Under the pieces are notes generated by a model. It saw only the letters and a list, made by a program, of their open reading frames with translations. It was not told the origin of the DNA and did no database searches. Source: Octopus sinensis (Eukaryota). Taken from it: a stretch of 64,000 bases of DNA. The stretch covers positions 84,072,001 through 84,136,000 of the forward strand of contig NC_042998.1 in NCBI RefSeq assembly GCF_006345805.1. The letters run 5' to 3'. Below are positions 1 through 13,601 of this stretch, piece after piece. Each line of letters begins with the position of its first letter. Position 1 is the stretch's first letter. Made by a program: the position numbers and the translations under genes.

Positions 1-369
1 AAAACACAATTTCCAGAACTAGACACAGAACGCTCACCCGAAAGAGAGCACGTATAAAGTTCTGCAAATTATATTTGGAAATATTTTTCAAATGTCTTCA
101 TTTTGGCGCGCTGAGGCCGGAAATAACTCTGCAGTTAATAAATCTCAGCAGCAAATTTACCGGTTAGAGAACATTGTTATTTAAAATAAAATAATGAGGT
201 AGAAATTGATATTAATCAATTAAAACCAATGGCTTAGCATATTTAAAAACTCCGAAGATTAAAAATTATATTACATACAAAATTAAGAGGAATGACCACT
301 AAAGTGGGCTCCTAATATGCTAAATATAGACGTCAAATCGCCATTGCCACAAAGAGTGTGTTCTCAAGA

Positions 370-482
370 AAAATTTCAGCAAAACGCCAAAAATGTAAAA
401 AATGAACAAGACAGATGAAAATATATGTATATTTTCATTTGTCTTGCTCATTTTTTACATTTTGGCGTTTTGCTGAAATTTT
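370..482. repeat. Near-perfect inverted repeat (~55-bp arms, 2-4 nt loop)
   Basis: aaaatttcagcaaaacgccaaaaatgtaaaaaatgaacaagacagatgaaaatata is the reverse complement of tatattttcatttgtcttgctcattttttacattttggcgttttgctgaaatttt with ~3 differences. Confidence 0.9.
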
Positions 483-499
483 CAGTCCCAATTCGCAAT

Positions 500-775
500 A
501 CCTCGGGCAAGTTTCTTCGGCTATAACCCCGAGTCGACCAAAAATCTTGTGGGTGAATTTCGTAGAAGGAAACTGTGTGGAAGCCCGTTGAATATGTGTG
601 TGTATGTTGTGTGGTGGGGTGTTTAAGTCTGTGTTTTCCTACACCTCCATTTGCCAAAAGAGCGACCGGAGTATTAGACTAAGAAATAAGCAGTGGAGTC
701 GCATTGTTCGACTAAAGCCTTTCAGGAGGGTGTCCCAGGATGGCTGCTGTCCAATGGCTGAATCGTAAAAGATAA
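500..775 (+). mobile_element. Degenerate SINE, family B (CORE-like), 5'-truncated
   Basis: ctcgggcaagtttcttcggctata...ggaaactgtgtggaagcccg and the downstream tail align by eye to the intact copy at 3915-4317. Confidence 0.65.
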
Positions 776-1174
776 AGTACGTAAAAGAACAAAGTTATTG
801 CAGATGTCAGTGGTTACAGAAATAGTTATCTTTATAAATTAGTTAATACTTTTATTCTGAAAAACGATTGTAATACAGCACATGTTATACTTAGCCGTTT
901 GTCGCACTAACTGGAATGTTGTCTTGCTTCTACAAGGGCAATGAGTCGGAGCCGAATTTATAGGGGTGGAGCAAAAGGGACAATTGCCCAGGGCCTCTTT
1001 GTTAGAAGCGAACGTTGGCTCTCTTATTTCATGCAAATATAATGAATATGAGACAAGTTTATTTAGAATTTGAACTAAGTTTGATTAATTTTCTAGCATT
1101 TAAGTTTTCTTGATGTAGTACGTTTTTGCCAAAACTTTCTAATGCGTTTGCTAAAAGTCCTGTTGTAGCACATC

Positions 1175-1348
1175 CATATATTACATTTAACATTCATATA
1201 TTATATTTAACATTCATGAGTTGATGTATATTTAACATTCATATATTACATTTAACATTCATATATTATATTTAACATTCATGAGTTGATGTATATTTAA
1301 CATTCATATATTACATTTAACATTCATATATTATATTTAACATTCATG
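1175..1348. repeat. AT-rich minisatellite (~65-bp unit built from ~20-bp subunits)
   Basis: catatattacatttaacatt / catatattatatttaacatt / catgagttgatgtatatttaacatt repeated ~2.7 times. Confidence 0.9.
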
Positions 1349-1384
1349 AATCTATGTATATTTCTATAAAGCACTTATGTATAA

Positions 1385-1515
1385 CTGTGGAGGTGTATGG
1401 CTTAGTGGTTAGGGTTTTTCGATTACTGAACCGGGTGATGCGTTGTGTTCTTGAGCAAAACACTTAATTTCACGTCAGTCCAGTCCACTCGGCTGGTAAA
1501 AATGATTAATCCTGT
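1385..1515 (+). mobile_element. tRNA-derived SINE, family C, 5' portion
   Basis: A-box-like tggcttagtggttag followed by gttcttgagcaaaacactt; similar to 51375-51680 and 31715-31800. Confidence 0.6.
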
Positions 1516-2892
1516 TATGGCGGCTGTCGGTTTATTCTACCTTAAGCTTTCTCTTAAGTTATATTATTTATTTAGGCTTTCCTCTGAGTAAGGGAAACAT
1601 AATGATTTATCGTCACTTATACTAAAGTGTTATCATTGTATCTTTAACCCTAACTGCAGTTGTAACGTCATATAGACATATACGCATGGAACGCTAACTC
1701 AACGACCATGTATGTTGAATATTTTAATCGTGTCCTTTAAACCGCTATAAGAAACATAAAACAAAGATTACAGAAATGCATATTTATCTATGCTCAGTTG
1801 AAAAACAAACGTGAAGAGAAACATTTTCTTTTTAATTATTTTATTTATATAAATATAACATTTTATATTTATTTACAAGAAGAAAGATAACTTAGTCGTG
1901 AAGAAAAACGACTTTATATTCCTTAGCTAATTTCTTTTTCTATCTAATACGTTAACCAACAAATCAAAATAGATTTGTGATTAACGTAGACATGGCATAA
2001 AAATTTACCGATGTCTCCAAAAGAGTGAGTGTCGTGGAGTTGAATGACTACCGAACGAACACTAAAGTCTCTCCCTAAATCCAGGGTTTTTATAACTGCT
2101 CAACCTGATCAAAAAGAATCGAAATTCAGGACAGACATTCTTTTCGAAACTTCTAGAATCTTTATACGAGCAGTTACACTAACCAATGAGAAAAGAACGA
2201 AAAGGACAATTCCTCGGCAAAGACATTACGTCATATTGCCAATTCGCGCCACATTTTAAAATGGCTAAAATGGCTATTGCTACACTGTAATGGACCGGTG
2301 TCCTGTCCAGGGAGGAATATATACATCAAAGAAACCAAGAAACCGATCCTATGCTCCTTATGGAGTAATGTGGACTAACTACATTTATATCTGTTTCAGC
2401 CTTGAGGTTGTGACCATGCTGGGGCAACGCTATATACACTTATGTATATGTAGCATTTGTTATATCTTCGGAAGGTCATTATGTCAATTATAAATACATG
2501 CACTGGTTCTATTTCATTCTTTTTAATATCATTTATTAGCTATTTATCCAGTTAACTAATCGATTGTCTGATTAATCGTTCGGTCAGTAAATCAGCTTGG
2601 TCGCCAGAGTCCTTTCGTCACCATTTGCAGTTTCATCAATGACATGTCTTCACTATTCTAGGTCTGTCTATGGTTAACTAGTTTTACTAATAATGATAAA
2701 AGAAGTTACACAAAATCAGTGCGTGTGTTTATTATTGACATAACAATCCTCCCAAGATACAACCAAATCTTTTTTAATACACGATTCCACATCAAGAATC
2801 TTGCAAACCAAATTCAAAAATACAGGATATATTTTTTGCATTTTATCCTTTTATATATATATAACATTTCCGATTACATGCAATATAAGTTT

Positions 2893-3099
2893 CAAATTTT
2901 GGCACAAGGTCAGTAATTTCTGGGAAAGGGTTAATCGATTACATTGACCCCAGTGTTCAACTGTTACTTATTTTATCGACCCGAAAGGACAGAAGGCAAA
3001 GTCGACCCCTGTGATATTTGAACTGAGAACGTTAACTCGGAAGAAATGCTGCTAAGCATTTTGTCCGGAACAGTAACGATTGTACCTGCTCACTGCCTT
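2893..3099 (-). mobile_element. tRNA-derived SINE, family A
   Basis: Reverse complement of the ggcggcgagctggcagaa...gttcaaattccgccgaggtcgactttgcctttcatcctttcggggtcgata consensus seen many times in the window. Confidence 0.8.
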
Positions 3100-3472
3100 A
3101 ATTACGAGCAATATAGAGACTTTGACATGTGAATGTTGTGATCTGCCGTGTATCTTAATTTCTAAGTTGGAGGAACTCACCGAATCTGAAGTGCTCCAGC
3201 TACTCAGGGCCTAACTTCGATTCTAATGTGGATAACCTTTTGTTGGAAAACCCTGATATAAACTATTTCAAATACCAGCTTCAGAAACGCTTTTCAGATT
3301 TTAAAAAATTATATTGACAAAATTAAAAATAAATAAAGAAAAACATATCTATTCATTACTGCAGGGGAATTCAAATAAGAACATATTTTTAAATACATTT
3401 ACACACACACGCACAGTGTTTTAACTAAGCATATACTCGTGTATATTTAAAATTGTCTGTCTTTGTGCTTCT

Positions 3473-3533
<61 letters not shown>

Positions 3534-3574
3534 CGTGTGTGCGTGCGTGCGTGTGAGCGTGCGTGCGTGCGTGC

Positions 3575-3611
<37 letters not shown>

Positions 3612-3914
3612 CGTGCATGTGTGTTCATATGTGTAGGTATATTTTGTTTTTGTATTTGTTTTTGCAAGATTATTGATGTGAACGAGTGTGTTAAAACAGA
3701 TGTTGTGATGCCTTGAAATGGTCATTTTGCCAATAATACAAGTATGATTGTTTTCATTGTCAAAATCACCCTCTCAAGGTAGAAGTCACACACTCACACA
3801 CACGAACCCACACACGCGCGCATACACATACACATATGCACTCATACATTCATACATGAATTCAAACATATACACATATATACATATACATACATACATA
3901 TATATATATATATA

Positions 3915-4317
3915 GGCGCAGGAGTGGCTGTGTGGTAAATAGCTTGCTTACCAACCGCATGGTTCCGGGTTCATTCCCACTATGTGGCACCTTGGGCAAG
4001 TGTCTTCTACTATAACCTCGGGCCTACCAAAGCCTTGTGAGTGGATACAGTAGACGGAAACTGAAAGAAGCCCGTCGTATATATGTATATATGTATATAT
4101 GTATGTGTGTGTGTGTTTATATGTTCGAGTTTGTGCCCCCATTATCGCTTGACAACCGATGCAAGTGTGTTTACGTAACTTAGCGGTTCGGCAAAAGAGA
4201 CCGATTGAATAAGTACTAGGCTTACAAAGAATACGTCCTAAGGTCGATTTGCTCGACTAAAGGCAGTGCTCCAGCATGGCCACAGTCAAATGACTGAAAC
4301 AAAAGAGAGTAAAGAGT
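3915..4317 (+). mobile_element. Full-length tRNA-derived SINE, family B (CORE-like central domain, internal TA/TG tract)
   Basis: ggcgcaggagtggctgtgtggtaa (A box)...ggttccgggttcattccc (B box)...ggcaccttgggcaagtgtctt; near-identical antisense copy at 12845-13240. Confidence 0.85.
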
Positions 4318-4379
4318 GTATATATATATATATACGTGTGTGTGTGTGCATATATACGTATATATATATATATATACAT

Positions 4380-4496
4380 CATTTTTTCCCATTTTTAACG
4401 CATTTTTTGCTATTATATAAGGAAAGTAACTCTCTAAAAATGCTTATATAGTTATTTCCCTTACAAACCCGAGCAACGCCGGGCGATACTGCTAGT
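4380..4496 (+). mobile_element. Helitron-type 3' terminus
   Basis: GC hairpin cccgagcaacgccggg (4468-4483) followed ~8 nt later by CTAG|T (4492-4496), the canonical Helitron 3' signature. Confidence 0.7.
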
Positions 4497-5204
4497 ATTT
4501 ATATATAATGTATATAGAAATGGATGTTTTGTTATTATTTTTAAGTTTGTCTATATGAAAAAAATTTGAGAAACGTTTATATGCACACACACACATACAC
4601 ACACATACACACACACACACATATATATATATACATATGTGTATGTGTGTCTGCTCTCGCACGCGCTCTTGTACTATTACAACCACCACCACCACCACCA
4701 CTACTACTACTATTGTTGCTATTACTGAAACTAAATGAGGACGAGAAACTAGAATTGAAAACTCAGAAGAAATGTTTAATATAACGAAAACAGAATAAGG
4801 AATGTTGCAAATAAATTTCCTTATTTGCTGCAGGGTCAGAAAATATACAAAATATTACAATACAGACATAGATAAATGCAATTCAAAAACTAATTTGAAT
4901 AGAATAACAGAAATTAAGAAGAAGAAAAAAATAAGAGAGGAAATCGAGGTTATTGAACATCGATCAGTGTCACCTCCAGGTAATGACACCCACGTACGAT
5001 GATGATATAGCAAGCCACTAGAAACCTTCAGTGAAAATTCGGTCAGTTCACATACGTCGAGTTAGACACTCAGGCACACTCACACACATTCGTATACACA
5101 TGCAAACACACGCACATATATAAACATACACACACAAACGCGCATATACAACATAAACATACATACACATACATACACTCACGCACACACACACACATAT
5201 ATAT

Positions 5205-5870
5205 ACACTCTCTGTCTCTACTCCCCCTCTTTCAAGTACACATACACACTTTCTCTCACTCTCTCTCTCTCTCTCTCTCTTCATACATTGCTCGTTCTCT
5301 CTCTCTCTTTCACCCTCTCTCTCTGCTCTCTCTCTCTCTCTCTTCCATCTCTCTTTCTCTCTCTTTCTCTACCTCTGTTGTTCTCGTTCCCGCTCTTTCA
5401 TTCTCTCTCGTTTCTATGACTCTTCACTCTGTCTTCTACCACTGCCTTTTCCACTCTCTCATTTTCTCTCTCTCTCTCTTTTCTCTCTCCCTTTCTCCCT
5501 TTACCTCTTCTTCCCTTCTCCTCTCTCTTCTCGGCCTCTCTACTCTATCACCCTCTTTCTTTTTCATACACATTCTCTCTTTTCTCTCGCTCTCCCTTGT
5601 CTCTTTCTCTTCTCTTGCTTTCTTTCCCTATCTTACGTCTCCCCCTTTATCACACATATTCCCTCTCTCCCTCTCTCTAGCTATCTATCTATCTATCTAT
5701 CTCCCTCACTCTCCCTATCTCTCCCTCTCTCTCTCTCCCTCTCTCTCACTCTCTCTCTCCCTCCCTCTCCCTCTCCCTCCTCTCCCTCTCTCACCCTCTC
5801 TTTCTCTCTTTCTCTCTCTCTCCCTTCATTCCCCTCTTCATCCCCTCTCCTCCTGTAACTACCTGCCATC
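5205..5870. repeat. Polypyrimidine (CT)n-rich low-complexity tract
   Basis: Direct inspection; source of spurious ORF 5416..5952. Confidence 0.9.
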
Positions 5871-6236
5871 CAATACTCTAATTTCATTCTTAATCTCATT
5901 TGCCTCTCACCTGGTGAAGTTTGAAGAAGTCAATAATTTTGTCTGCTGTTAAGAGGCGAAATAACCAAACTGAATTACATTTTCAATTGCCGTCGCCTCT
6001 CAAAACTTTCAACAACATGCAGCATATAAATATCTAAAGTAAATATAAGACAGGGGTTCGATACCAGGAAGAGAGTTTATTTATTTGTGAAAAAAACTCT
6101 CCAGCAAGAATCTTTTATCCTTTACTTGTTTCAATGTGTATCTTTATATATGCCTTGGACCTTTGCCACCTCATTGTTTCTTTTCAAGAGTTTCACCTCT
6201 AGTACTCACATACATTCATTCAGGCATGTCAGTAGT

Positions 6237-6282
<46 letters not shown>

Positions 6283-6761
6283 GTGTGTGTGTGTGTGTGT
6301 GTATGTGTAGATGTGTGTGTGTGTTTAATAACGTACGTAACGCGGAAACACACACACTCACAGACACATACACACTCATACACAGATATACACTCATATA
6401 CAAAATGCGATGTCGTCGTCGTGCGATAAAATGTGCTGTTGACAATAGAAAAATTATAAGATATTGTGTTATTAGTGAGCAGAAAATATGAGTCATAATG
6501 TGCCAAGGTCCAATATAATTTCATTATAAACGTCCTCAAGGCAGCGAGTGAGCAGAATCGTTAGAGTATCGTACAAAATGCTTGGCGGTATTTCTTCCGG
6601 CTCTTTACGATTTGGTTTCAAAATCCTGTTGAAGTAAAATTTGCCTGCCGTCTTCTCAGGGTCGATATAATAAAATACCAGTCAAATACTGGGTTTATTA
6701 TATCGACTAGCCTTTTCCTCAGAAAATTTGGAGTCTTGTACCTTTATTGGAATGCATTACA

Positions 6762-7655
6762 CAGGGTATTCGGGCTAAATTTGTCGACTTTCAGTAATAG
6801 CTTCTTGTATTGATGAACAGTTGACAGCGTTGGAGAGCATAACGACTAAACTTGTAGTTGAGGAAAAGTTAGCTAGCAAGGGGACTGGAAGCCATCTGAA
6901 TTATGAAAAAAGAGTTACCTGTGTCATGATTATTCGCGCCGGGTATCAAAATAATAGATGCTTAATGCTCTCTGAAGACTGTAAACGCTGTAAGATGTGA
7001 CATTGACAGCTGCAACAGAGATTACAAAGCCATAGCCAGTAAGAAGGCACTCAGCAGGCATCCTGACTGCATTCGCACGACGGAATGATTCATTATATAT
7101 TTGAATAGAGCCTTAGGATCAATTCAAACGCCTATGTGAGGCTGCTTGAGACTGGGCAAACCCTAGCTGGAGAGGGTTGCTGCTGGAAGGTCATATGTGT
7201 GACAGCAGGATTCAGTTCCTTGCCATACCTCCAGAAAGATCCAGAAGTGGTTGTCGAAGAATTTCTTCGATTTCATACTGACCCTAATTTCTAATTCTCC
7301 CGATTATGATCTCAGGATTACTATGCGTGTGGAGCGGTTGAGAAAGACATCAATCGCTCTGCCTGCAACACCAAGGCCGAGCTGGTGGCTAATATCAAGA
7401 TGTTCCAAGATCTTCCCAGGGACACAACGGAGAAAGCATGTGCCTAGTTCTAGAGCCGTCTTGAGGCTGTGGTCCAAGCTGAGGCTGTGCTCGAAGCTGA
7501 GTCCGGGCTCGAAGCTGAGGGCAGCTACTTTGAGAAAACTATTATCTTCCAGCCATAATCTAGTTGTAATTTTTTTTTAATATCTTTATTTTTGGATAGG
7601 ATAATGTGTATTCTTTCTCTTTATACAAACTGTCATATTTCGCCCGTACACCCTG
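6762..7655 (+). mobile_element. Internally deleted Tc1/mariner, DD37D (maT)-like, with TIRs
   Basis: Left TIR cagggtattcgggctaaatttgtc vs reverse complement of right end cagggtgtacgggcgaaatatgac; followed by TA. Frameshifted translation GRSYV.QQDSVPCHTSRKIQKWLSKNFFDF...AVEKDINRSACNTKAELVANIK...LEAVVQAE...YFE. Confidence 0.8.
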
Positions 7656-7797
7656 TATAAGTCCTTACCTTCCTAAGTAATTGTCATAAAAAATTTAATT
7701 TAACGTGGGACACTAATTTATGCAAGAAGGTCATACTGGATGGAACGGTATAAGAAAAGGTCATATACTGGATGGAACAGTAGAAGAAAATATAGGT

Positions 7798-7839
7798 AAT
7801 ACATCATTACACAAAATTAGTTTTGTGTAATGATGTATT
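7798..7839. repeat. Perfect 19-bp inverted repeat with 4-nt loop
   Basis: aatacatcattacacaaaa-ttag-ttttgtgtaatgatgtatt. Confidence 0.9.
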
Positions 7840-8863
7840 TGTTTTGTGAATTAGTCGATTAAATAGAGGCACAATATTTATTTCTCTTGACGCCTGCTAC
7901 TTATTCTATGGATCCCTCTTTTTCGCGAACTGTTAACAGTGAGGCATACATACATACATACATACATACATACAGATATACATACATACATACATGCATG
8001 CATACATACATACACACATATGTACGTATGTATGTATGTATGTATGTATGTATGTATGTATGTATGTATGTATGTATGTTTGTATGTATGTATGTATGTA
8101 TATGTGTGTGTATGTTTGTAGGTATGTATGACGGGTTTTTGCAGTTTCGGTGTTGCAAATTGGGACTGAACCCTAAACCATGTGAATGATAAGTGAATTT
8201 CGAAACCACACAGCTATGCTTGCGCCGTTAAGTATCGGAACGAAAATCTAGTACCTTAACTCATTCCTGCAGTGGTTTCAGCTAATAAAAGATTATCTAT
8301 CTGTCTAATCCATCTATTTAGCTAGCTACCTTAACTCTATATGTGGTTCATGAAAACATTAAAGCTAACTATTAGCAGAGCCTATTTTCAAATAAAAAAA
8401 TATATGCATGCTATAAAGAATTTGGCAGGAAATTATGGATGCCTGTACATTATATATGACATCTAAATATGAGTATAATACGGTTTGAAAGATATTAACA
8501 AACCGATTAGCCGCGGTAATAAAGGGATTCTGCGTTGTAGCCGGAATATTGATTGATGTGGAAGGATCAATTCATTAAAATTACTTTATGGTGATTAACA
8601 GGATATTTCCCTTTTTATATTTCTCTTCTTTTTTTTTTTTTTCTTTTTCAAATTCGAAAATATGGAAATAATGAGACTACAAAAGAGATAAATGGTGGTG
8701 AGTGAAGAAGCTGCTTCTATTATAACAACGATTCTGGAACAATGTGTCCTGAGAAGGTCCTGAGAGAAATTAATGATGGAACATGTAGCGAAATGAGTTT
8801 CACGTACTCACAAAATGTATTTCCTGTAACAAAAAAAAAAAGATTTCTTTTATTATTATTATA

Positions 8864-8928
<65 letters not shown>

Positions 8929-8950
8929 CATCATCATCATCATCATCATC

Positions 8951-8990
<40 letters not shown>

Positions 8991-9012
8991 TATCATCATC
9001 ATCATCATCATC

Positions 9013-9060
<48 letters not shown>

Positions 9061-9077
9061 TATTATTATTATTATTA

Positions 9078-11470
9078 CATGAAAATTCACAGCATACTTC
9101 GTTGGGTATGATGGAAAGTATCAGCTGTCCACAGCCAGCAGACTAAGAATTCTTGCAGTTCCAAGCAATGCTGATTTTTGTAGGTGTCCTACCTTCACAC
9201 TTGCACCAATCTTTTTCAGTCATATTGGTAGTTGAGTGCTGATACTTCCAAGTACATCAATTACTATCGTTATCACGTCTACTCTCTTCATTAACCACAA
9301 CCTTCGTATTTACCATCGCCATATTTGTTTTGTTTTTTTTCTTCTTTCACGTTGTTACCGGGGCATGCTATGTCGATTATCATACATGTTCTTTCTTTTT
9401 TATTCACCACAACAATGTTCGGTTTCCGATGTCTGGTCGGGTAATCGCACTGGATCATTTCATCCCACAGGATTTTGCACTTCTCATTTTCGGTGACTCC
9501 TTCATGGATTTGTTCATACCACGCCTTTACTCTTTGAAGGCCGTAATTTCCACAGAGCTCCCAGTGGATCATTCTTGCCACATTGTCATGGCGTCGTTTG
9601 TACTCGCGTTGTGCTAATTTCGGGCATTCGCAAACGATGAGCCATACCGTTTCACCCCTCTCACCACACTTTCTGCATTTGTTGCTATCGGTAGTGTTGA
9701 CTATTCTGCACTTCATATAGTTGGTCCTTAATGCTTAGTCCTGAGCTGCGCGTATGCGTGCTTCTGTCTCTATCTTCAGCCATAGCCACCGGTCCTCTGT
9801 ATTTGTCCTCTGTGTTTGGCATTCACATCTCTTGCAAACTGATCGTACATTTTCTTTTTCTTCTATGTTTTTTCTTTTTTCTTTTTTTTTTGTTTATTTC
9901 TTGTTTAAATTTTTCTTTCGTTACACAATTTTCAGTGCTGATGACGTCGGCCTTCTTCGTGTGTTTCAACAGTGGCTCCACACCATTTTTTATATACCAA
10001 CCTAGGCTGTTTTCCTCTGCTTCGACACAGTCCTGGCAATTGATTAAACCTCCCCCACCCTTTCTTCTAGACAAGTACAGCCTATTGGTGTCACTTTTAA
10101 GATAGAAGGCTCAGTATAAAGCTTTTTCTGGTCTTGGTATCCATTTCCTTCATTTCTCTCTTTTACCATTTTATAATTCCCGTTCCATACCGAAGTGATG
10201 CCATCGCCCACATATTAACTGCATGGATTTTATTCCATCCAGCTAATTTTGAGCGCAACACCAACCTCAATCTTCGGAAATACTCCATCCTCTGCTGCTC
10301 TTTCAGTTCCTTTTCCATTATCTTGTATCCTTCCGTTTCAATTTGCTTAATCAAGTCTCTGATCGGTACCTTGCCTCTTTTTAAGTAGATTATTCTGCAC
10401 TTCTTGAATCCAAATTCCATTCTAATATCAGTACTAAAACAGTGGACCGTGTTCACCAAGGAACTCACTTGTGTCTCATCTTTGCCGTACAGTTTCAAAT
10501 CATCCATGAAGAAGAGGTGGTTGATTGTTTAGGATTTTTCCTTCAGTTGGTACCCCAGGTTCATTTTCCTAAGAACAAATAGCAACGGAGATAGGCTATC
10601 ACTCTGGAAAATTCCTCTCCTGATACCCAGTGTACCCAAGCTTTTTCCGTGAGATGTCAGTTCGGTTTTCCATCCCACCAAACTTCTCTTCAGGAAACAC
10701 GTTACATTCCTCACAATTCCAAACAGATCTCCTTCTACAGCCTTCTTGCTCCGGCGATTATATATCGTTCTGATCAAGAAATCTATACAGGTCTTCTGCA
10801 ATTCCTCCTGACAGTAATTTCCACATTAATGGGAGGCAGGGAATTGGTCTGTAACTGTCAGCATTTCCCTTTGTTGCATCCTTCAGGCATAACACCGTTC
10901 GTCCTTTTGTCAACCAGCCCGAGATTTCTTTTCCGTTGATCAATGCATTAAATTGCTCTGCGATCAATTTATGGCAACTACTGAAGTTTTTTTTTTTATC
11001 CAAAATCCCTGTACACCATCAGGTCCTGCTGCTTTCCAGTTGCTTATCTTTTTACTCATATTTCTGATACTATCTTCTGTGAAGTGGGTAGCCTCTTGCC
11101 GGGGATAAGAAGCTGAATGCTTCAGGCTGCAGAGTCATTCAGATGTAGTATTATGTTGTCCTTGCTTACTCTATATTTTACCCCTGAAAAGTCGACTTCC
11201 TTCAGCATCAGGAATTAATCTTTCACGTTTTTATTGTCATTAATCTTTTGATAAAATATTTTTTTTTTTTAGTCGGTTCTAAACAATTTGTTTTGCTGGT
11301 ATTGTTTAATCCGTTGTTCAAACCTAGTTAGCTTTACTTTCTTTGCATGTGTCCGTTGCTCCAGTTTTTCAATTACAACATTCAGGCCTTTTGCATCTAC
11401 ACCATAGTTCTTCCTAACTTTTTCGAATTTCCATTCATTCTTAAATTCTCCATTTCTTATAGTGTCGATA
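9078..11470 (-). mobile_element. Decayed Dong/R4-type non-LTR retrotransposon (RT, CCHC knuckle, restriction-like endonuclease)
   Basis: ORFs 10529-10801 (RGIFQSDSLSPLLF), 10163-10507 (MDDLKLYGK), 9291-9716 (CRKC...HDNVARMIHW...ILWD...KPNIVVV...IIDIACP), end LQKSALLGTARIL; 3' end abuts (TAA)n. Confidence 0.9.
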
Positions 11471-11751
11471 CTTGTCAGAAAAATACAGGGATCGATTCAT
11501 TCGACTAAAAATTCTTCAAGGCGATGCCCCAGCATGGCCGCAGTCTAATGACTGAGACAAATAAAATATTAAAGAATAAACACCCACACACACAGACATA
11601 CATACACACATACATACATACATACATACATACATACAACATACATACATACATACATACATATACTTTGCCTTTCGGAGTCGATAAATTAAGTACCAAT
11701 CGACTGGTACCCTCTCCAAAAATTTCGGGCCTTGTGCCTAGAGTAGAAAAG

Positions 11752-11784
<33 letters not shown>

Positions 11785-12348
11785 GTGCACACTTATATAT
11801 GTATACATAGAAAGAAAGTGGGAGTGGGGGTACATAGAGAGTCATAAACATAACCTATGCACTATGTATGTAAATGTACGCTTGCATGTATGTGTGTTTG
11901 CATGTAATTTATGTATGTACAGATAACCACTCGGTAATAAATTTAATTTGTTCCAGAACTTCATTCGTGATCAAATCAATTAAAATATTTAGGACAATTC
12001 GTTTTGAAACCTCAACCAAAGCCGAAAGTTTGCACTTAAAACATTCCTTGAAGCATTAATAAAATACAAAATAATCAATGAAATATAAAAACAATGTAAA
12101 AACGTATAAATATAATTGTTCACTAAGATAAATAATTTGAATAAACCGAAACAAAATACAAAGAAATAAATTTGCGCACCTCATTTCAAATATCTCTTTC
12201 ACACGAAGATTTAAAAGCTAACAAACGCGAAAATAAAATATTGAAGGTGTTATTACGTGATAAATGACGCAAATAATTTGTAAAATGAAAGAATTGTTAT
12301 AAAATTTAAACAATTATAAATCAAAATTTGAGCAGTTTCACTATTACT

Positions 12349-12580
12349 TATTTCTTTATTACCCACAAGGGGCTAAACATAGAGGGGACAAACAAGGACA
12401 GACATAGGTATTAAGTCGATTACATCGACCCCAGTGCGTAACTGGTACTTAATTTATCGACCCCGAAAGGATGAAAGGCAAAGTCGACCTCGGCGGAATT
12501 TGAACTCAGAACGTAGCGCCAGACGAAATACTGCTAAGCATTTCGCCCGGAGTGCTAACGTTTCTGCCAGCTCGCCGCCT
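12349..12580 (-). mobile_element. Young SINE family A copy
   Basis: Nearly identical to 57052-57263 and 54795-55020. Confidence 0.9.
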
Positions 12581-12844
12581 CAGTTTCACTATTACTCACC
12601 TGAATTTGTTGGACTGTTTATCCGAAGTGAAGAACAGTAAGGTGGTGGTGGTGGTGGTGGTGGTGGTGGTGGTGGTGGTGAAACAGGACGACGTCGACGA
12701 CGAGTAGTCAGTCATCTCTTCTAAGTCTTCTATAGATTACTTTCTTATTGCAGCAGGATTACTAGGATCTTCTGTGAATGAAGTTGGGGAGGTTCTTTGA
12801 CCAGATTTTAAAGAAAAGTTTCTAGATTGGATAGTTGTAATTAC

Positions 12845-13240
12845 TCTTTACTTGTTTCAGTCATTTGGCTGCGGCCATGCTGGAGCACCGCCTTTAATCG
12901 AGCAACTCAACCCCGGGACTTATTCTTTTGTAAGCCCAGTACTTATTCTATCGGTCTCTTTTGCCGAACCGCTAAGTAACGGGGACATAAACACACCAGC
13001 ATCAGTTGTCAAGCAATGCTAGGGGGACAAACACAGACACACAAACACACACACACACATATTTATATACATATATACGACAGGCTTCTTTCAGTTTCCG
13101 TCTACCAAATCCACTCACAAGGCTTTGGTCGGCCCGAGGCTATAGTAGAAGACACTTGCCCAAGGTGCCACGCAGTGGGACTAAACCCGGAACCATGTGG
13201 TTGGTAAACAAGCTACTTACCACACAGCCACTCCTGCGCC
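12845..13240 (-). mobile_element. Full-length SINE family B
   Basis: Reverse complement of 3915-4317. Confidence 0.85.
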
Positions 13241-13406
13241 TATTCTTTTGAACTGTCAAAACGTATTGCAACATTTTATTAGAAAGATAGTTATGGTGCG
13301 GCTGTGGCTGTGTGCTAAGAAGCTTGCTTCCCAACCATATGGTTCCAGATTCAATCCTACTACGTGGCACATTGGGCAAATGTCTTCTATTCTAGCCGTG
13401 AGTCGA

Positions 13407-13601
13407 CTGAAGAAGGCTAATACGAAATACATTACTTGGTCCATAGTTAGACATGCAAAACCATACAGTGCAATTTCCAGGAGATGCCGTCTCTGCTCCG
13501 AGGAATCACTGTCTATTCTGTGGACTAATGAAAAGATATTTAATAGAATTTCTGAAAGACTATCGAGATGCCTACACGCATATAAATGTACTTTCGCATA
13601 A
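13407..13601 (+). pseudogene. C-terminal tail of a Penelope-like element GIY-YIG endonuclease
   Basis: KYITWSIVRHAKPYSAISRRCRLCSEESLSIL...NRISERLSRCLH matches the W-I...Y...CxLC..E...LN.R.E...CRH pattern I recognise from PLE C-termini. Confidence 0.7.

Noticed and set aside
4834-4979. Candidate coding exon (ttatttgctgcag|...ccag|gtaatg, open frame VRKYTKYY...SVSPP)
   Set aside because: No recognisable protein similarity and no partner exons; splice-like motifs arise readily by chance in AT-rich DNA.
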